Below, in pieces: positions 10,046 through 21,311 of a stretch of 64,000 nucleotides of DNA. The DNA is taken from contig CALVHR010000008.1 in the NCBI GenBank assembly GCA_944328495.1, forward strand, positions 2,385 through 66,384. The letters run 5' to 3'. Source of the stretch: an uncultured Clostridia bacterium. Its GTDB lineage: Bacteria; Bacillota; Clostridia; Christensenellales; Borkfalkiaceae. Made by a program: the position numbers and the translations under genes. The notes under the pieces are model-generated. The model had not been told where the DNA came from. It ran no database searches and worked only from the letters and a program-made list of their open reading frames with translations. Position 1 is the stretch's first letter, and every line of letters begins with the position of its first letter.

Positions 10046-11473
10046 ATGAATTTCAGGAATAAAGATTGGCGCAACAGTATGCGGCTTACGGTCGACTACA
10101 ATTACATGATGAAAAAGTTTATCGGCGACGGCGGTTTCAAGGATTCCGAATTGTCGGAGATGAAAGAAATGGCAGCGGACGCGTTTGATTATGTTGCGGA
10201 CAATCGCGGCAAGGCTATGATGGGCTGGACGGAACTTCCTTATAATCAAAAGGAGATCGTCGAAGATATTATTGCCACGGCCAAAGATGTGCGCCGCAAG
10301 TACAAATATTTTGTTGTGCTGGGCATCGGCGGCAGCGCGCTCGGTCCCATTGCCGTGTTTAATGCGCTTTGCCATCTGCATTACAACGATCTTGCTCCGT
10401 CTAAGAGAAAAGGGCCGAAATTCTACGTAGAGGACAACGTGGATCCGGAACGCATGGCAGCGCTTTTGGATGTCATTGAGCCTGAGAAGACCTGTTTCAA
10501 CGTGATCACAAAATCGGGCGCGACGAGCGAAACGATGACGCAGTATTTGGTCATCAATGATATTCTGACAAAGGCGCTCGGTGAAAAGGCAAGCGAGCAC
10601 ATCATTGCGACGACCGATGAAAAGAAGGGGAACCTGATCAAGCTTGCGAAACAGTACAATTATAAGACGTTCTACATTCCGGACGGAGTGGGCGGAAGAT
10701 TTTCCGAACTTTGCCCGGTAGGTCTGCTTCCCGCGGCGGTTTTGGGATTGGATATCAAAGCGATGCTGGCGGGTGCGGCTTATATGGACGGTGTTTGCAA
10801 CAAGCCTTCGATCGCTCGCAACCCTGCACTTGCGTGCGCGGTGTTGCAGTATATGGCGATGAAGCGCGGTAAAAATGTCGGCGTTATGATGCCGTATGCG
10901 GACAGTCTCAAACTCATGGCTGACTGGTACTGCCAGCTTTGGGCGGAAAGTTTGGGCAAGAATGTCACGCTGGACGGTAAGCCTTGCAATGTCGGGCAAA
11001 CACCCGTGAAGTCTTTGGGCGTCACCGATCAGCATTCGCAGGTGCAGTTGTACACCGAAGGTCCTTTCGATAAAGTTGTTACCTTCCTGTCGGTCGGAAA
11101 ATATCGCAAGGAAGTTATGATCCCGCACGGCTGCGAAGATATCCCCGATGTATGTTTCCTGGGCGGACATACGATGAACGAGCTGATCGCCGCGGAAAAT
11201 AAAGCGACGGCGTATGCTCTTGCAAAGGCCGGCAGGCAGAACTATACGATTTGGCTTCCCGAAGTGAATGAATTTACGCTTGGCGAGCTGATGTATCTGT
11301 TCGAACTGCAGACTGCTTATACTGGGGCGATGTTCAACATCGATACGTTCAACCAGCCCGGAGTGGAGGCCGGCAAACAGGCGACGTATGCTCTGCTCGG
11401 TAAACCCGGTTACGAGGCAAAGAAAAAAGAGTTGGACGATGCACCTGCCGCAGAAGAAAAGTACAGAGTGTAA
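10046..11473 (+). CDS. pgi: glucose-6-phosphate isomerase
   Basis: AGGAGG RBS. SIS motif VVLGIGGSALGP and VTDQHSQVQLYTEGP block. Confidence 0.95.
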   Translation: MNFRNKDWRNSMRLTVDYNYMMKKFIGDGGFKDSELSEMKEMAADAFDYVADNRGKAMMGWTELPYNQKEIVEDIIATAKDVRRKYKYFVVLGIGGSALGPIAVFNALCHLHYNDLAPSKRKGPKFYVEDNVDPERMAALLDVIEPEKTCFNVITKSGATSETMTQYLVINDILTKALGEKASEHIIATTDEKKGNLIKLAKQYNYKTFYIPDGVGGRFSELCPVGLLPAAVLGLDIKAMLAGAAYMDGVCNKPSIARNPALACAVLQYMAMKRGKNVGVMMPYADSLKLMADWYCQLWAESLGKNVTLDGKPCNVGQTPVKSLGVTDQHSQVQLYTEGPFDKVVTFLSVGKYRKEVMIPHGCEDIPDVCFLGGHTMNELIAAENKATAYALAKAGRQNYTIWLPEVNEFTLGELMYLFELQTAYTGAMFNIDTFNQPGVEAGKQATYALLGKPGYEAKKKELDDAPAAEEKYRV

Positions 11474-11528
11474 AATCGGACGGCATATTTGAAAAAGTTT
11501 TATGACGGAAAAAATTCCGTTGAAAGAT

Positions 11529-11560
11529 AAAAGCCCCGCGCTGTTTGCGCGGGGCTTTTG
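11529..11560 (+). terminator. pgi terminator
   Basis: AAGCCCCGCG / CGCGGGGCTT stem followed by TTTT. Confidence 0.8.
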
Positions 11561-11636
11561 CCGTACATAAGGGGATAATGCAACGTTTTGATCGGAACGT
11601 ATGCGTTAAAAAATGAACGTTCCGACGTTTTCGGTA

Positions 11637-12883
<1,247 letters not shown>

Positions 12884-12887
<4 letters not shown>

Positions 12888-13411
12888 GCGTTGCCCTCCT
12901 TTTGCAGATGTTTTTTCAGCTTTTTCAGCGCTTCGTTGTTTTTCCATGTTACCGTGCCGATCGGCATATGCAGCATTTGCGCGACTTCGCGCCGTTTGTA
13001 TCCTGCGACCTGGCAGAGCATCAGTATTTCGTATTCGTCTTCGGCAAGGATCTTTGCCGCGAGGTCAAAAATATAAGGCAGTTCGGTTTCTTGCGAGCCG
13101 TAACGATAGGAATCCGTATCGAAATCGGTCGCGACTTCCCGTTTGGCTGATTTCAGATGATTGAGCGCGAGATTTTTGCCGATGCGTGCCAGCCATGCCG
13201 TAAAATTTGTTCCTTCGCGATAATTTTCGAGGGCGCCGATCGCACGGACATATGTTTCCTGTAATATATCTTCCGCGTACATTTTATCGCGGACGATATA
13301 CAGGATTGCAAAATAAACGGAGCGGTTGGTCTGCTCATAAATATAATCGAACGCGCTGCCGTTTCCTGCTTTGAGCTCGCCGATTTTTCGCTCAAGTTTG
13401 GCATTTTTCAT
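12884..13411 (-). CDS. ECF-type sigma-70 family RNA polymerase sigma factor
   Basis: Region 2 (DILQETYVRA..FTAWLARIGKN) and region 4 HTH (YKRREVAQMLHMPIGTVTWKNNEALKKL). Confidence 0.85.
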
Positions 13412-13542
13412 ATTCTTCCGCCTATATAACAATTTAAGAGCCGATTTTGTTGGTAATTTTTAAAAATTTTTTTATATTATAACACAAGCGCGCAAGGGAT
13501 GCAAGTTTTCTGTAAATATCATGAAGGTATCAATGTTTCAAC

Positions 13543-13580
13543 AAAAAAATCCGTGCCCGTTGGGGGCACGGAAAGTTTTT
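13543..13580. terminator. bidirectional hairpin terminator downstream of the 77-aa gene
   Basis: CCGTGCCC / GGGCACGG stem flanked by an A7 run upstream and a T5 run downstream. Confidence 0.7.
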
Positions 13581-13697
13581 GAAGCAAGCGATGCCGTTGC
13601 ATCGCGGTTTTTTACAGCGCAAAGGCAAAACTTTGGAGAAAAACGATGAAGCGAAATAAAAATTAAAATAAATGCGGGCGCTGCAATAAAAAAGGGG

Positions 13698-13931
13698 TTA
13701 CGAGTTTGCTTTTTCCCAAGCTTCCAGCCTGGCTTTGGTCAAAGAGGTAAGTTTCTCTTCGGGATAGGGTGAGTTTGCCCCGCCGTAAGTGTAAAGGAAA
13801 TAAGTTCCGTTCTCGGCAACGTAGAGGGATTCCTCATAGCCTGCAGGGTCGCCGTAATTGCCGAAAGTCACTTTTTTGACGAGAGCCATTTCGTCGGTGT
13901 CGTAAACTTTTCCGCGGATAGTCTTTTTCAT
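13698..13931 (-). CDS. small hypothetical protein (77 aa)
   Basis: GGAG RBS upstream, own terminator, non-shadow composition. No domain recognised. Confidence 0.6.
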   Translation of the reverse strand: MKKTIRGKVYDTDEMALVKKVTFGNYGDPAGYEESLYVAENGTYFLYTYGGANSPYPEEKLTSLTKARLEAWEKANS

Positions 13932-14250
13932 TTTTTTTCTCCTGAAAATTATTTTGTGTGTGTATTCGCATCACTGTTTATATTATAGCACAAAGCGGGC
14001 AGAAAATCAAGAATTTACAGACATAAATGCAAAAAGTGTATAGAATCGGCGGAAAAAGAATGTCGAACGGAAGGTAATTTTGCGAATAAATGTCGTTGCG
14101 CGTTTGCGCGGAAATTTCATTGGGGGAAGGGGTGAGAATGGTTTGCTAAAAAAGTTGCTTTATGGTATAATTTTAAAAACGGGAGTTGCGCTTTTTACGA
14201 TGCATTCATATACTGTACCGAACGGCAGTTTGCCGCGGCGGAGGGAATGT

Positions 14251-15270
14251 ATGCAGCAGAACAAAGCGTTGATCCGTTTGGACCATATTCGTGAAAACGC
14301 AAAGACGTTTTCCGCTCTTGCCAAGGGGGGCAAATTGTGTGCGGTGGTGAAGGCGGACGCATACGGGCACGGAGCGGCAATGGTTGCGCAGGCTCTTGCG
14401 TCGGACGCGGACATGTTCGCGGTTGCGCTGACGGAAGAGGGGGTAAGTCTGCGTTGTGCGGGTATAGCGAAAGATATTCTGGTGTTGGTGCCGCCGCTAA
14501 GCGAAAGCGAAGTGCGCCGCGCGATGTATTACGATCTGATTTTGTCCGTGGGGGACGCGCAGGATTATGCACTGATCGCGCGGGTTTTAAAACAGATAGG
14601 CGGGTGTGTTCGCTGTCATTTAAAAGTCAATACGGGGATGAACCGTTTCGGGTTCGATGCGGACGGATTTCGGAAATTTACGGAAGGCCGCCTGACGGAC
14701 AGGATCGCGGCGGAGGGGATTTATTCGCATTTTTACCGTCCCGAAAATGAACAAATCACGCATGAACAATTCTTGCTTTTTTGCAATTTTTGCGAGCGGG
14801 CGGAGCAAACGTTCGGAAAGCTGACGAAACATATCGCAGCGACGGGCGGGGTGCTTGCTGGCAAGGAATATCATATGGATATGGTGCGCATCGGCATCGG
14901 GTTATACGGATATCTTCCGGGCGGATTTTCGGAAAAGGAAGTTTTGCTTCGGCGAGCGATGTCTGTTTATGCGGCAGTTGCCGCCGTGCGGGACTATCGG
15001 GGCGGCGGCGCAGGTTACGGCGATTATGTGCCGCGAGGGGCTCGGCTGAGCGTCATACGCGCAGGGTATGCGGACGGATTGTTCCGCAAGGGCATCGGAA
15101 CGAACGATCTGTGCATGGATGCGTTTGTATCCGAAGAAAAAAGGGAGAAATATCAGAGCGTCTGCATTTTGTCGGACGCGGAAGCATACGCAAAAAAATA
15201 CGGGACGATCGCGTACGAAGTGCTTTGCAAGGCAGGGATGCGGGCGGTCAGGGAATATGTTGACGGATAA
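14251..15270 (+). CDS. alr: alanine racemase
   Basis: GGAGGG RBS before the internal Met at 14251. PLP-lysine motif AVVKADAYGHGA. Confidence 0.9.
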   Translation: MQQNKALIRLDHIRENAKTFSALAKGGKLCAVVKADAYGHGAAMVAQALASDADMFAVALTEEGVSLRCAGIAKDILVLVPPLSESEVRRAMYYDLILSVGDAQDYALIARVLKQIGGCVRCHLKVNTGMNRFGFDADGFRKFTEGRLTDRIAAEGIYSHFYRPENEQITHEQFLLFCNFCERAEQTFGKLTKHIAATGGVLAGKEYHMDMVRIGIGLYGYLPGGFSEKEVLLRRAMSVYAAVAAVRDYRGGGAGYGDYVPRGARLSVIRAGYADGLFRKGIGTNDLCMDAFVSEEKREKYQSVCILSDAEAYAKKYGTIAYEVLCKAGMRAVREYVDG

Positions 15271-15820
15271 GGATTTGCTGCGGCGTGCCATGAAAGAGGC
15301 GCGCATGTCCGATCCCGACCGGAACGGTCGGGATCGTAAAATTTTTGATAATCTGTTTGCGGTGCCTGCGTTTGCGAAAGGCGGCAGCGTCTTTTTATAC
15401 AACTCGTTCGGAAGCGAAGCAGACACGGGCATGATCGCGGGCGAGCTTTTGCGTCGCGGCAGGCGCGTGTACTATCCGCGCGTGCGCGGGAAAGAAATGG
15501 AACTTGTCGAATATAGCGGCCAGCCGTTTGTGCGCGGGGCTTTCGGGATATCCGAACCGCAAGGTGAGGCGAGCGAAGAAATTCCCGCGATCACTCTTTT
15601 GCCCATGCTTGCCGCGGACAGGCAGTTCAACCGACTGGGCTACGGCGGCGGGTTTTATGACAGGTTTTTGGCGAAAGTCGGAAATAAAACGGTAAAGATC
15701 GCGATCGGGTATGATTTTCAGATCATTGCAAATGTGGCGGCGGAAGAGCATGACGTTCCCGTGGACATACTTGTAACCGATGCGCGCATACTGATTCGGG
15801 GAAAAACGGAGGTCTTATGA
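15257..15820 (+). CDS. 5-formyltetrahydrofolate cyclo-ligase
   Basis: Overlaps the alr 3' end. GYGGGFYDR motif. Confidence 0.85.
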   Translation: MLTDKDLLRRAMKEARMSDPDRNGRDRKIFDNLFAVPAFAKGGSVFLYNSFGSEADTGMIAGELLRRGRRVYYPRVRGKEMELVEYSGQPFVRGAFGISEPQGEASEEIPAITLLPMLAADRQFNRLGYGGGFYDRFLAKVGNKTVKIAIGYDFQIIANVAAEEHDVPVDILVTDARILIRGKTEVL

Positions 15821-16503
15821 AAAAATTATTGAGTTCGATCGGCTGGAATTTGCTGGAATATCTGCGCCGTGCCGGAACGCCTTTTCTTTTGAAACTGATG
15901 TTCGGCATGACGATGCTTGCGAGTGTTCTTATTAAAAACACCGAGCTTCGCACGGCGATATTGGCGCTTTTGTTTCTGGCGGACGGGTTTATCAGTTTTG
16001 TTTTTCTCCGAGCGATGGGGGAAGCCGCGTATAAAATGAATGTAGTCGGGCAGTTGCGGCGAGAAAACAAGCCGCTCAATGCGACCATCAATTCGGGCAA
16101 ATATCATCCGAGCAAAGAATATCGTCCGTATAAGGGGTTTGTTATCGGACTGTTTGTTTCGCTGATTCCCGCGGTTCTGATTTTGGTCGGGGCATTGACG
16201 GGTTCGGCGGGGGTGCGTGCGGCGCTGATCATTCTTGCCGGCTGGGCATATCTCCCCGCGTACGGAATTTATCAGATTTATGCGGACGTACATCATTATA
16301 CCGAAGACATGATAATAGCAGGTGCGTCGTCCCTTTGGTGGGGCTATTTGCTGATCGGGATTTTTCTGGCGGTGAGTACGGTGGCGTACATTTTGGGCGG
16401 CAAAAAAGAAAAATTTCATCAATTTGTGCTTTCGCGGCAGACGGCAGACATTGACCGAGCGGGAACGCAGCGATCGGAAGGGAAAGGAGCGGACAAGCAG
16501 TGA
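15817..16503 (+). CDS. hypothetical multi-pass membrane protein
   Basis: ATGA overlap with the upstream gene. Several hydrophobic helices. Sits within the operon. Confidence 0.65.
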   Translation: MKKLLSSIGWNLLEYLRRAGTPFLLKLMFGMTMLASVLIKNTELRTAILALLFLADGFISFVFLRAMGEAAYKMNVVGQLRRENKPLNATINSGKYHPSKEYRPYKGFVIGLFVSLIPAVLILVGALTGSAGVRAALIILAGWAYLPAYGIYQIYADVHHYTEDMIIAGASSLWWGYLLIGIFLAVSTVAYILGGKKEKFHQFVLSRQTADIDRAGTQRSEGKGADKQ

Positions 16504-17030
16504 GGATCATCGGCGGGAAATACAGGGGCAGGGTATTGACCCCTTTTAAAGGCAAAGACATCCGTCCGACGTCCGACCGCGCAAAGGAATCTCTGTTCAA
16601 CATACTCGCGCCGGAAATCAGCGGAGCGAATGTTTTGGATTTGTTTTGCGGCAGCGGGAGCATCGGACTGGAAGCACTGTCTCGCGGGGCGGACATGGTC
16701 GTATTCAACGATGTTTCGCGGGAAAGTTTGGAAGTGCTGAAAAAAAACCTGGCGATGCTGAATGTGACGGCGAAGGTATATAATCTGGACTACAAGGCAT
16801 TGCTGAACGGGCTGGATATTACGTTCGATGTGATCTATATCGATCCGCCGTACAAGAGCGGTTACGGGCGGGAAGCGTTGGAGCTGATTGCGCAGCGCAA
16901 GCTTTTGAATACGGGCGGAGTTGCGGTGCTTGAAAGCGACAAGCCGTTTGAAGGGGACATTCCCGCGCTTGTGCGTTACGATGAACGCAAATACGGCATC
17001 GCGTACCTTACGTTTTTTACGCCTGACTGA
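16500..17030 (+). CDS. rsmD: 16S rRNA (guanine966-N2)-methyltransferase
   Basis: RIIGGKYRGR..RPTSDR, DLFCGSGSIGLEA and IDPPY motifs. Confidence 0.9.
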   Translation: MRIIGGKYRGRVLTPFKGKDIRPTSDRAKESLFNILAPEISGANVLDLFCGSGSIGLEALSRGADMVVFNDVSRESLEVLKKNLAMLNVTAKVYNLDYKALLNGLDITFDVIYIDPPYKSGYGREALELIAQRKLLNTGGVAVLESDKPFEGDIPALVRYDERKYGIAYLTFFTPD

Positions 17031-17133
17031 GGGGGCGGGGATCATTTTCGGCGGATAAAGGCCGGATGCTATTCAATTTCGGGACGGGGCAACCCGTGGT
17101 GAATTCCGCGGCAGAGCGGAAAACGGAGGCGCT

Positions 17134-17628
17134 ATGAAAAAATGTGTATTTGCGGGGACGTTCGACCCGCCTACTTTGGGGCATAAGGATATTGTGATGA
17201 AATGCCTGGAACTTTTTGACGAAGTGATCGTGGCGATCCTGATCAATCCGAATAAAAAGCCGCTGTTCAAAGTGGAGCAGCGCAAAGCAATGCTAGAAAA
17301 GGTGTTTGCGGCATATCCGAACGTGCGAGTGCTTTCGTATGACGGGCTGACCGTCGATTTGTTGCGGCAGGAAGGGGTGCGCTTTTATGTACGAGGGATT
17401 CGCAACGGTACCGATTATGATTATGAAGCGCAGTTGAACTTTATCAACGTCGACATGTACCGCGAGATGATTACGGTATTTTTCCCGACGCGGCAGGAGT
17501 TTTTGCATATCAGTTCGGGGCTGGTCAAGGATGCGCTCCGATTCAATAAAAACGTCGATAAGTATGTACCGCAGGAGATACGGGGGGATCTGAAGAAATA
17601 CTTGCAAGAGGTCAACGAGAATGTTTAA
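17134..17628 (+). CDS. coaD: phosphopantetheine adenylyltransferase
   Basis: GTFDPPTLGH nucleotidyltransferase motif. 164 aa. Confidence 0.95.
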   Translation: MKKCVFAGTFDPPTLGHKDIVMKCLELFDEVIVAILINPNKKPLFKVEQRKAMLEKVFAAYPNVRVLSYDGLTVDLLRQEGVRFYVRGIRNGTDYDYEAQLNFINVDMYREMITVFFPTRQEFLHISSGLVKDALRFNKNVDKYVPQEIRGDLKKYLQEVNENV

Positions 17629-18646
17629 GAGAGAAGAGATCATTCCCGCGGCGGAAGAGATTTTGCGATTGCTTCCGCTGCCGGACGATCTGAAAAAGAT
17701 TAAAGCGGAGCGCGATCGTTTGGCGTCCGAAGTGATCCGCGGTGAAACGGACAAACTTCTTTTGATTATCGGGCCGTGTTCGGCGCATGAAAGCAAGCCT
17801 GTCCTTGATTATGTGGAGCGGCTGGGCAAGCTGAACGAGAGAGTAAAAGATAAGATCGTGATCGTGCCGCGCATTTACACGAACAAGCCGCGTACCAAAG
17901 GAGTCGGGTATAAAGGGATGTTTACTCAGCCCGATCCGAAGAGTAAAGAGGACATTCTCAAGGGCATACTGACGATACGCCGCCTTCACATCGATGCGAT
18001 CGGAGCCAGCGGGCTCTCGGCGGCAGACGAAATGCTGTATCCGGAAAATTATGCGTATGTCGAAGATCTGCTTACGTACATTGCGATCGGAGCGCGGTCG
18101 AGTGAGAATCAGATGCATCGTCTCGTATCCAGCGGCATCGAGCTGCCCGTGGGCATCAAAAACCCCATGAGCGGTTCCATTCCGGTTCTTCTCAATTCCA
18201 TTTATGCGGCACAGAGCGGCGGGCAGGTATTCAAATATCAGAATTACCAGGTCCGTACGACGGGCAATGAACTGGCGCATGCGGTGCTGCGCGGAGCGCT
18301 GGACGGGTACGGCAACGATATTCCCAATTTCCATTACGAAACGGTAATGAAAGTAATCGAAGGTTATTCAAAAACGGGACTGAAAAATCCTGCGATCGTC
18401 ATTGATGCGAACCATTCCAATTCGGGCAAACAATACAAACAGCAGATCCGTATCGTGGAGGAGGTTCTCAACAACCGCCTGTACGATAAAGATTTCAAAA
18501 AATACGTTAAAGGATTCATGATCGAAAGCTTTATCGAGGAAGGGTGCCAGAAAGAGGATATTGTCTATGGCAAATCCATAACCGATCCTTGTTTGGGCTG
18601 GCAGGACACCGAACGGCTGGTGCTCGATATTGCGGACAAGATTTAA
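17621..18646 (+). CDS. 3-deoxy-7-phosphoheptulonate (DAHP) synthase, class I
   Basis: IIGPCSAHE and TNKPRTKG motifs. Overlaps the coaD stop. Confidence 0.9.
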   Translation: MFKREEIIPAAEEILRLLPLPDDLKKIKAERDRLASEVIRGETDKLLLIIGPCSAHESKPVLDYVERLGKLNERVKDKIVIVPRIYTNKPRTKGVGYKGMFTQPDPKSKEDILKGILTIRRLHIDAIGASGLSAADEMLYPENYAYVEDLLTYIAIGARSSENQMHRLVSSGIELPVGIKNPMSGSIPVLLNSIYAAQSGGQVFKYQNYQVRTTGNELAHAVLRGALDGYGNDIPNFHYETVMKVIEGYSKTGLKNPAIVIDANHSNSGKQYKQQIRIVEEVLNNRLYDKDFKKYVKGFMIESFIEEGCQKEDIVYGKSITDPCLGWQDTERLVLDIADKI

Positions 18647-18655
18647 GGAGATACC

Positions 18656-19480
18656 ATGCAAACGAGCGATAGCAAGCAGGGGGAGAAAGTTGCTTATCTG
18701 GGGCCGGACGGGAGCTATTCTTCGCTGGCGGCGGAGAAGCTCTGTCCCGAAATGCAAAAAATGCCATGCAAGACGTTTGCGGCGGCCGTTGCTGCGCTTT
18801 TGCAGGGAGATGCCGAAGCGGCTGTTTTGCCTGTAGAGAACACGCTGCAAGGCGCCGTGACGCAAAATCTTGATTTGCTGTATGCCAATCCGGACTTATT
18901 TGCCGTGCGCGAATACATGCTTCCCATCGAACACAGGCTGATCGCGCGGGAGGGCACCCGACTTAGCGAGATCCGCCGCGTATTCTCGCATGAGCAGGCG
19001 ATCCTGCAATGCTCAAAGTTTTTGGCGGAGAAACTTCCCGATGCGCAGATTATTGCTACCGATTCAACGATGCAGAGCGTTTCGCGCATTCGTGAAGCGG
19101 GGGATGCGGGAATAGTCGGCTCTCATGTGCGTGCGGACGGACTGTCCTTTGTCGGGGAAAACATTGCGGACGAGCGCAGCAATTTTACGCATTTTCTTCT
19201 TGTGCGCAAGGGGAAAGAATCGTTGCCGTCGCACAGTGCGCGCGTATTTTTTGCGGCAGGTTGTCCGCACGAGCCGGGGGCGCTTTTAAAAATGCTGCAG
19301 ATTCTTGCCGTGTATGATCTGAACATGACTAAGATCGAATCCAGACCCATCAAAAATGCGCCGGGGACGTATTGTTTTTTCATCGAGTTCGAAGGCGATG
19401 TGGGGGAGAAGCGGGTGCGCTTTGCGCTTGAACGTTTGAGCGAATACACATACAACTTTCAGCTTTTGGGCTGTTACTGA
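18656..19480 (+). CDS. pheA: prephenate dehydratase
   Basis: VAYLGPDGSYS N-terminus and C-terminal ACT motif TKIESRP. Confidence 0.9.
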   Translation: MQTSDSKQGEKVAYLGPDGSYSSLAAEKLCPEMQKMPCKTFAAAVAALLQGDAEAAVLPVENTLQGAVTQNLDLLYANPDLFAVREYMLPIEHRLIAREGTRLSEIRRVFSHEQAILQCSKFLAEKLPDAQIIATDSTMQSVSRIREAGDAGIVGSHVRADGLSFVGENIADERSNFTHFLLVRKGKESLPSHSARVFFAAGCPHEPGALLKMLQILAVYDLNMTKIESRPIKNAPGTYCFFIEFEGDVGEKRVRFALERLSEYTYNFQLLGCY

Positions 19481-19496
19481 AATTTTCACAAGTCCT

Positions 19497-20483
19497 TTAC
19501 TGAAAGAGGGCGCACAGAGCGAGGCAAAGAATAAAGGCGATGAGCCCCTGCAAGGCTTTCATACCGATAAAAAACGGGGTTTTCACGCCTGCTTTTTTGA
19601 GATATCCGAGCTGTTGGGCGAGGATGCATGCGCCCCCGAATGTAGTCAGAAAGGCGCAAACGGGTAGAGACAAAACATTCGGCTGTGCGGCAACTGCCGC
19701 GCAGCCGCGTGTCGCTTCCAATAATCCTTGCGCAAGTCCGGATGCGGCGCTTTCGGCGCCGAAAGGTGCAAGCAGAAAGGAAAAAAACTTTTCAAGCAAG
19801 GCAAACGCGCCCAGCGTTTGCAGTATTTGCGCAAGCACGGAGAAGAACGCGATATATCCCCCGACGCATAAAATGGAAAGGACCGAACTTTGCACGCTTT
19901 CGGCAAGGACGTTGGTTTCATTTTGAAAACGCAAACCTATTTTGCTGTCCGGCAGCCTCTGTAAGAAAGGCAAACAGCACAAACAAACTGCCGTTACGGA
20001 AAGCAGATGTGCGGCGAGGAGGATCGCGCCTGCCGAAACGCTGTGAAACATCATGGCTCCCACGCTTCCGATCAGAAACATGGGGCCGGACGTGGAGCAA
20101 AGTACGCTCATGCGAGCCGCTTGTTCGGAAGAGATTGCGCCGTTTTCGTACAGGTCCGCGATCATGCGGCTTCCGACAGGATATCCCGAAAGAGCGCTCA
20201 GGACAAAGCAATAAGAAGCGGCGGCAGGCAATTTTACCTTTTGCATGAGGGGTGCAAGGCGCCGCGAGAATTTCTGTGCCGCGCCCGTTTTGACGAGCAC
20301 GGCGCTTAAAATAAGGAACGGAAAGAGTGAAGGCAGGACGGCGCCTGCCCAGAGCAGGATGCCTTCGGTGCATGCTTTGGCGCAATCTTTCGGAAAGAAT
20401 ATGCAAAAGAGCAGAGTTGCCGCAGCCGCGACCGGCAAAAGCAGGGAACGGAGCGCGGAATGTTTTTGTACACGAAGTTTCAT
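19497..20483 (-). CDS. ylbJ: nucleoside-recognition-domain membrane protein, YlbJ-like
   Basis: Internal Met MKLRV at 20483 taken as the start. Multi-pass membrane protein with a GYPVGSRM motif. Position next to coaD/patatin matches the B. subtilis ylb cluster. Confidence 0.75.
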   Translation of the reverse strand: MKLRVQKHSALRSLLLPVAAAATLLFCIFFPKDCAKACTEGILLWAGAVLPSLFPFLILSAVLVKTGAAQKFSRRLAPLMQKVKLPAAASYCFVLSALSGYPVGSRMIADLYENGAISSEQAARMSVLCSTSGPMFLIGSVGAMMFHSVSAGAILLAAHLLSVTAVCLCCLPFLQRLPDSKIGLRFQNETNVLAESVQSSVLSILCVGGYIAFFSVLAQILQTLGAFALLEKFFSFLLAPFGAESAASGLAQGLLEATRGCAAVAAQPNVLSLPVCAFLTTFGGACILAQQLGYLKKAGVKTPFFIGMKALQGLIAFILCLALCALFQ

Positions 20484-20513
20484 ACAATAACATATTAACG
20501 GAGACGGGCGAAT

Positions 20514-21308
20514 ATGAAGAAAACATTGGGCATTGCGCTGGGCGCGGGCGGTGCGCGAGGAATTGCGCATATCGGATTTTTGAAGGCATTGGACGAAGAG
20601 GGGATACGTCCTGACTTTTTATCGGGTTCATCGATGGGAAGCATAATCGGAGCGTGTTACGCGAAGGGCATGACACCGGATGCGATGCGTGATATCTGCC
20701 GCGGGCTGAAAGCGGGGGACATTGTAAATGTCGGGCTGATGCCGATTTCGAAACTCGGCCTGATGAAATGGACCAAAACCCGCCGATTGATGACCTCTTT
20801 TTTAGAGGATTGTGAATTTTCCGATCTTGCAATTCCGTTCAGCTGTGTCGCGGTGGATTTGAAGACGGGAAAATTGCAAGTTTTCCGCGAGGGCAATGTT
20901 TTGGATGCGATCTTTGCATCCAGTTCGATGCCGACCGTATTTCGTCCGGTGGAAAAGGACGGGATGATTTTTGTCGACGGAGGAGTACTGTGCAGGGTTC
21001 CCGTGCGTCAGGTAAAAGACATGGGTGCGGATGTTGTCGTGGCGGTAGATGTGCTCGGCAAATGCAGTGAAGTGGAGAAAGTTCCCAACATGTTTTCGCT
21101 GATTGCGCGCGTATATGATATTATCGATGCGGAAAAGACGCAGAGCCAGCGTCGTGCGGCGCGCCGCTATACCGATTTTTGGATCGAGCCGGCAATGGGA
21201 AATGTGAGCCAGTATAAACTGAAATACAGCGAAGAAGTATATGAAGCGGGATATCATTCGGGCAAGGAGTATGCGCCGAAGATCCGAAAAGCGCTGGAAG
21301 AGCAATGA
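20514..21308 (+). CDS. patatin-like phospholipase (YlbK-like)
   Basis: GAGGARG oxyanion motif, GSSMG nucleophile elbow and DGG catalytic Asp. Confidence 0.85.
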   Translation: MKKTLGIALGAGGARGIAHIGFLKALDEEGIRPDFLSGSSMGSIIGACYAKGMTPDAMRDICRGLKAGDIVNVGLMPISKLGLMKWTKTRRLMTSFLEDCEFSDLAIPFSCVAVDLKTGKLQVFREGNVLDAIFASSSMPTVFRPVEKDGMIFVDGGVLCRVPVRQVKDMGADVVVAVDVLGKCSEVEKVPNMFSLIARVYDIIDAEKTQSQRRAARRYTDFWIEPAMGNVSQYKLKYSEEVYEAGYHSGKEYAPKIRKALEEQ

Positions 21309-21311
21309 TCG

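Noticed and set aside
13698-13931. 77-aa protein as a toxin/antitoxin or anti-sigma accessory
   Set aside because: There is no partner small gene. It has its own terminator and sits about 290 bp from the sigma operon start. Nothing in the sequence supports a TA or regulatory role, so I listed it only as hypothetical.
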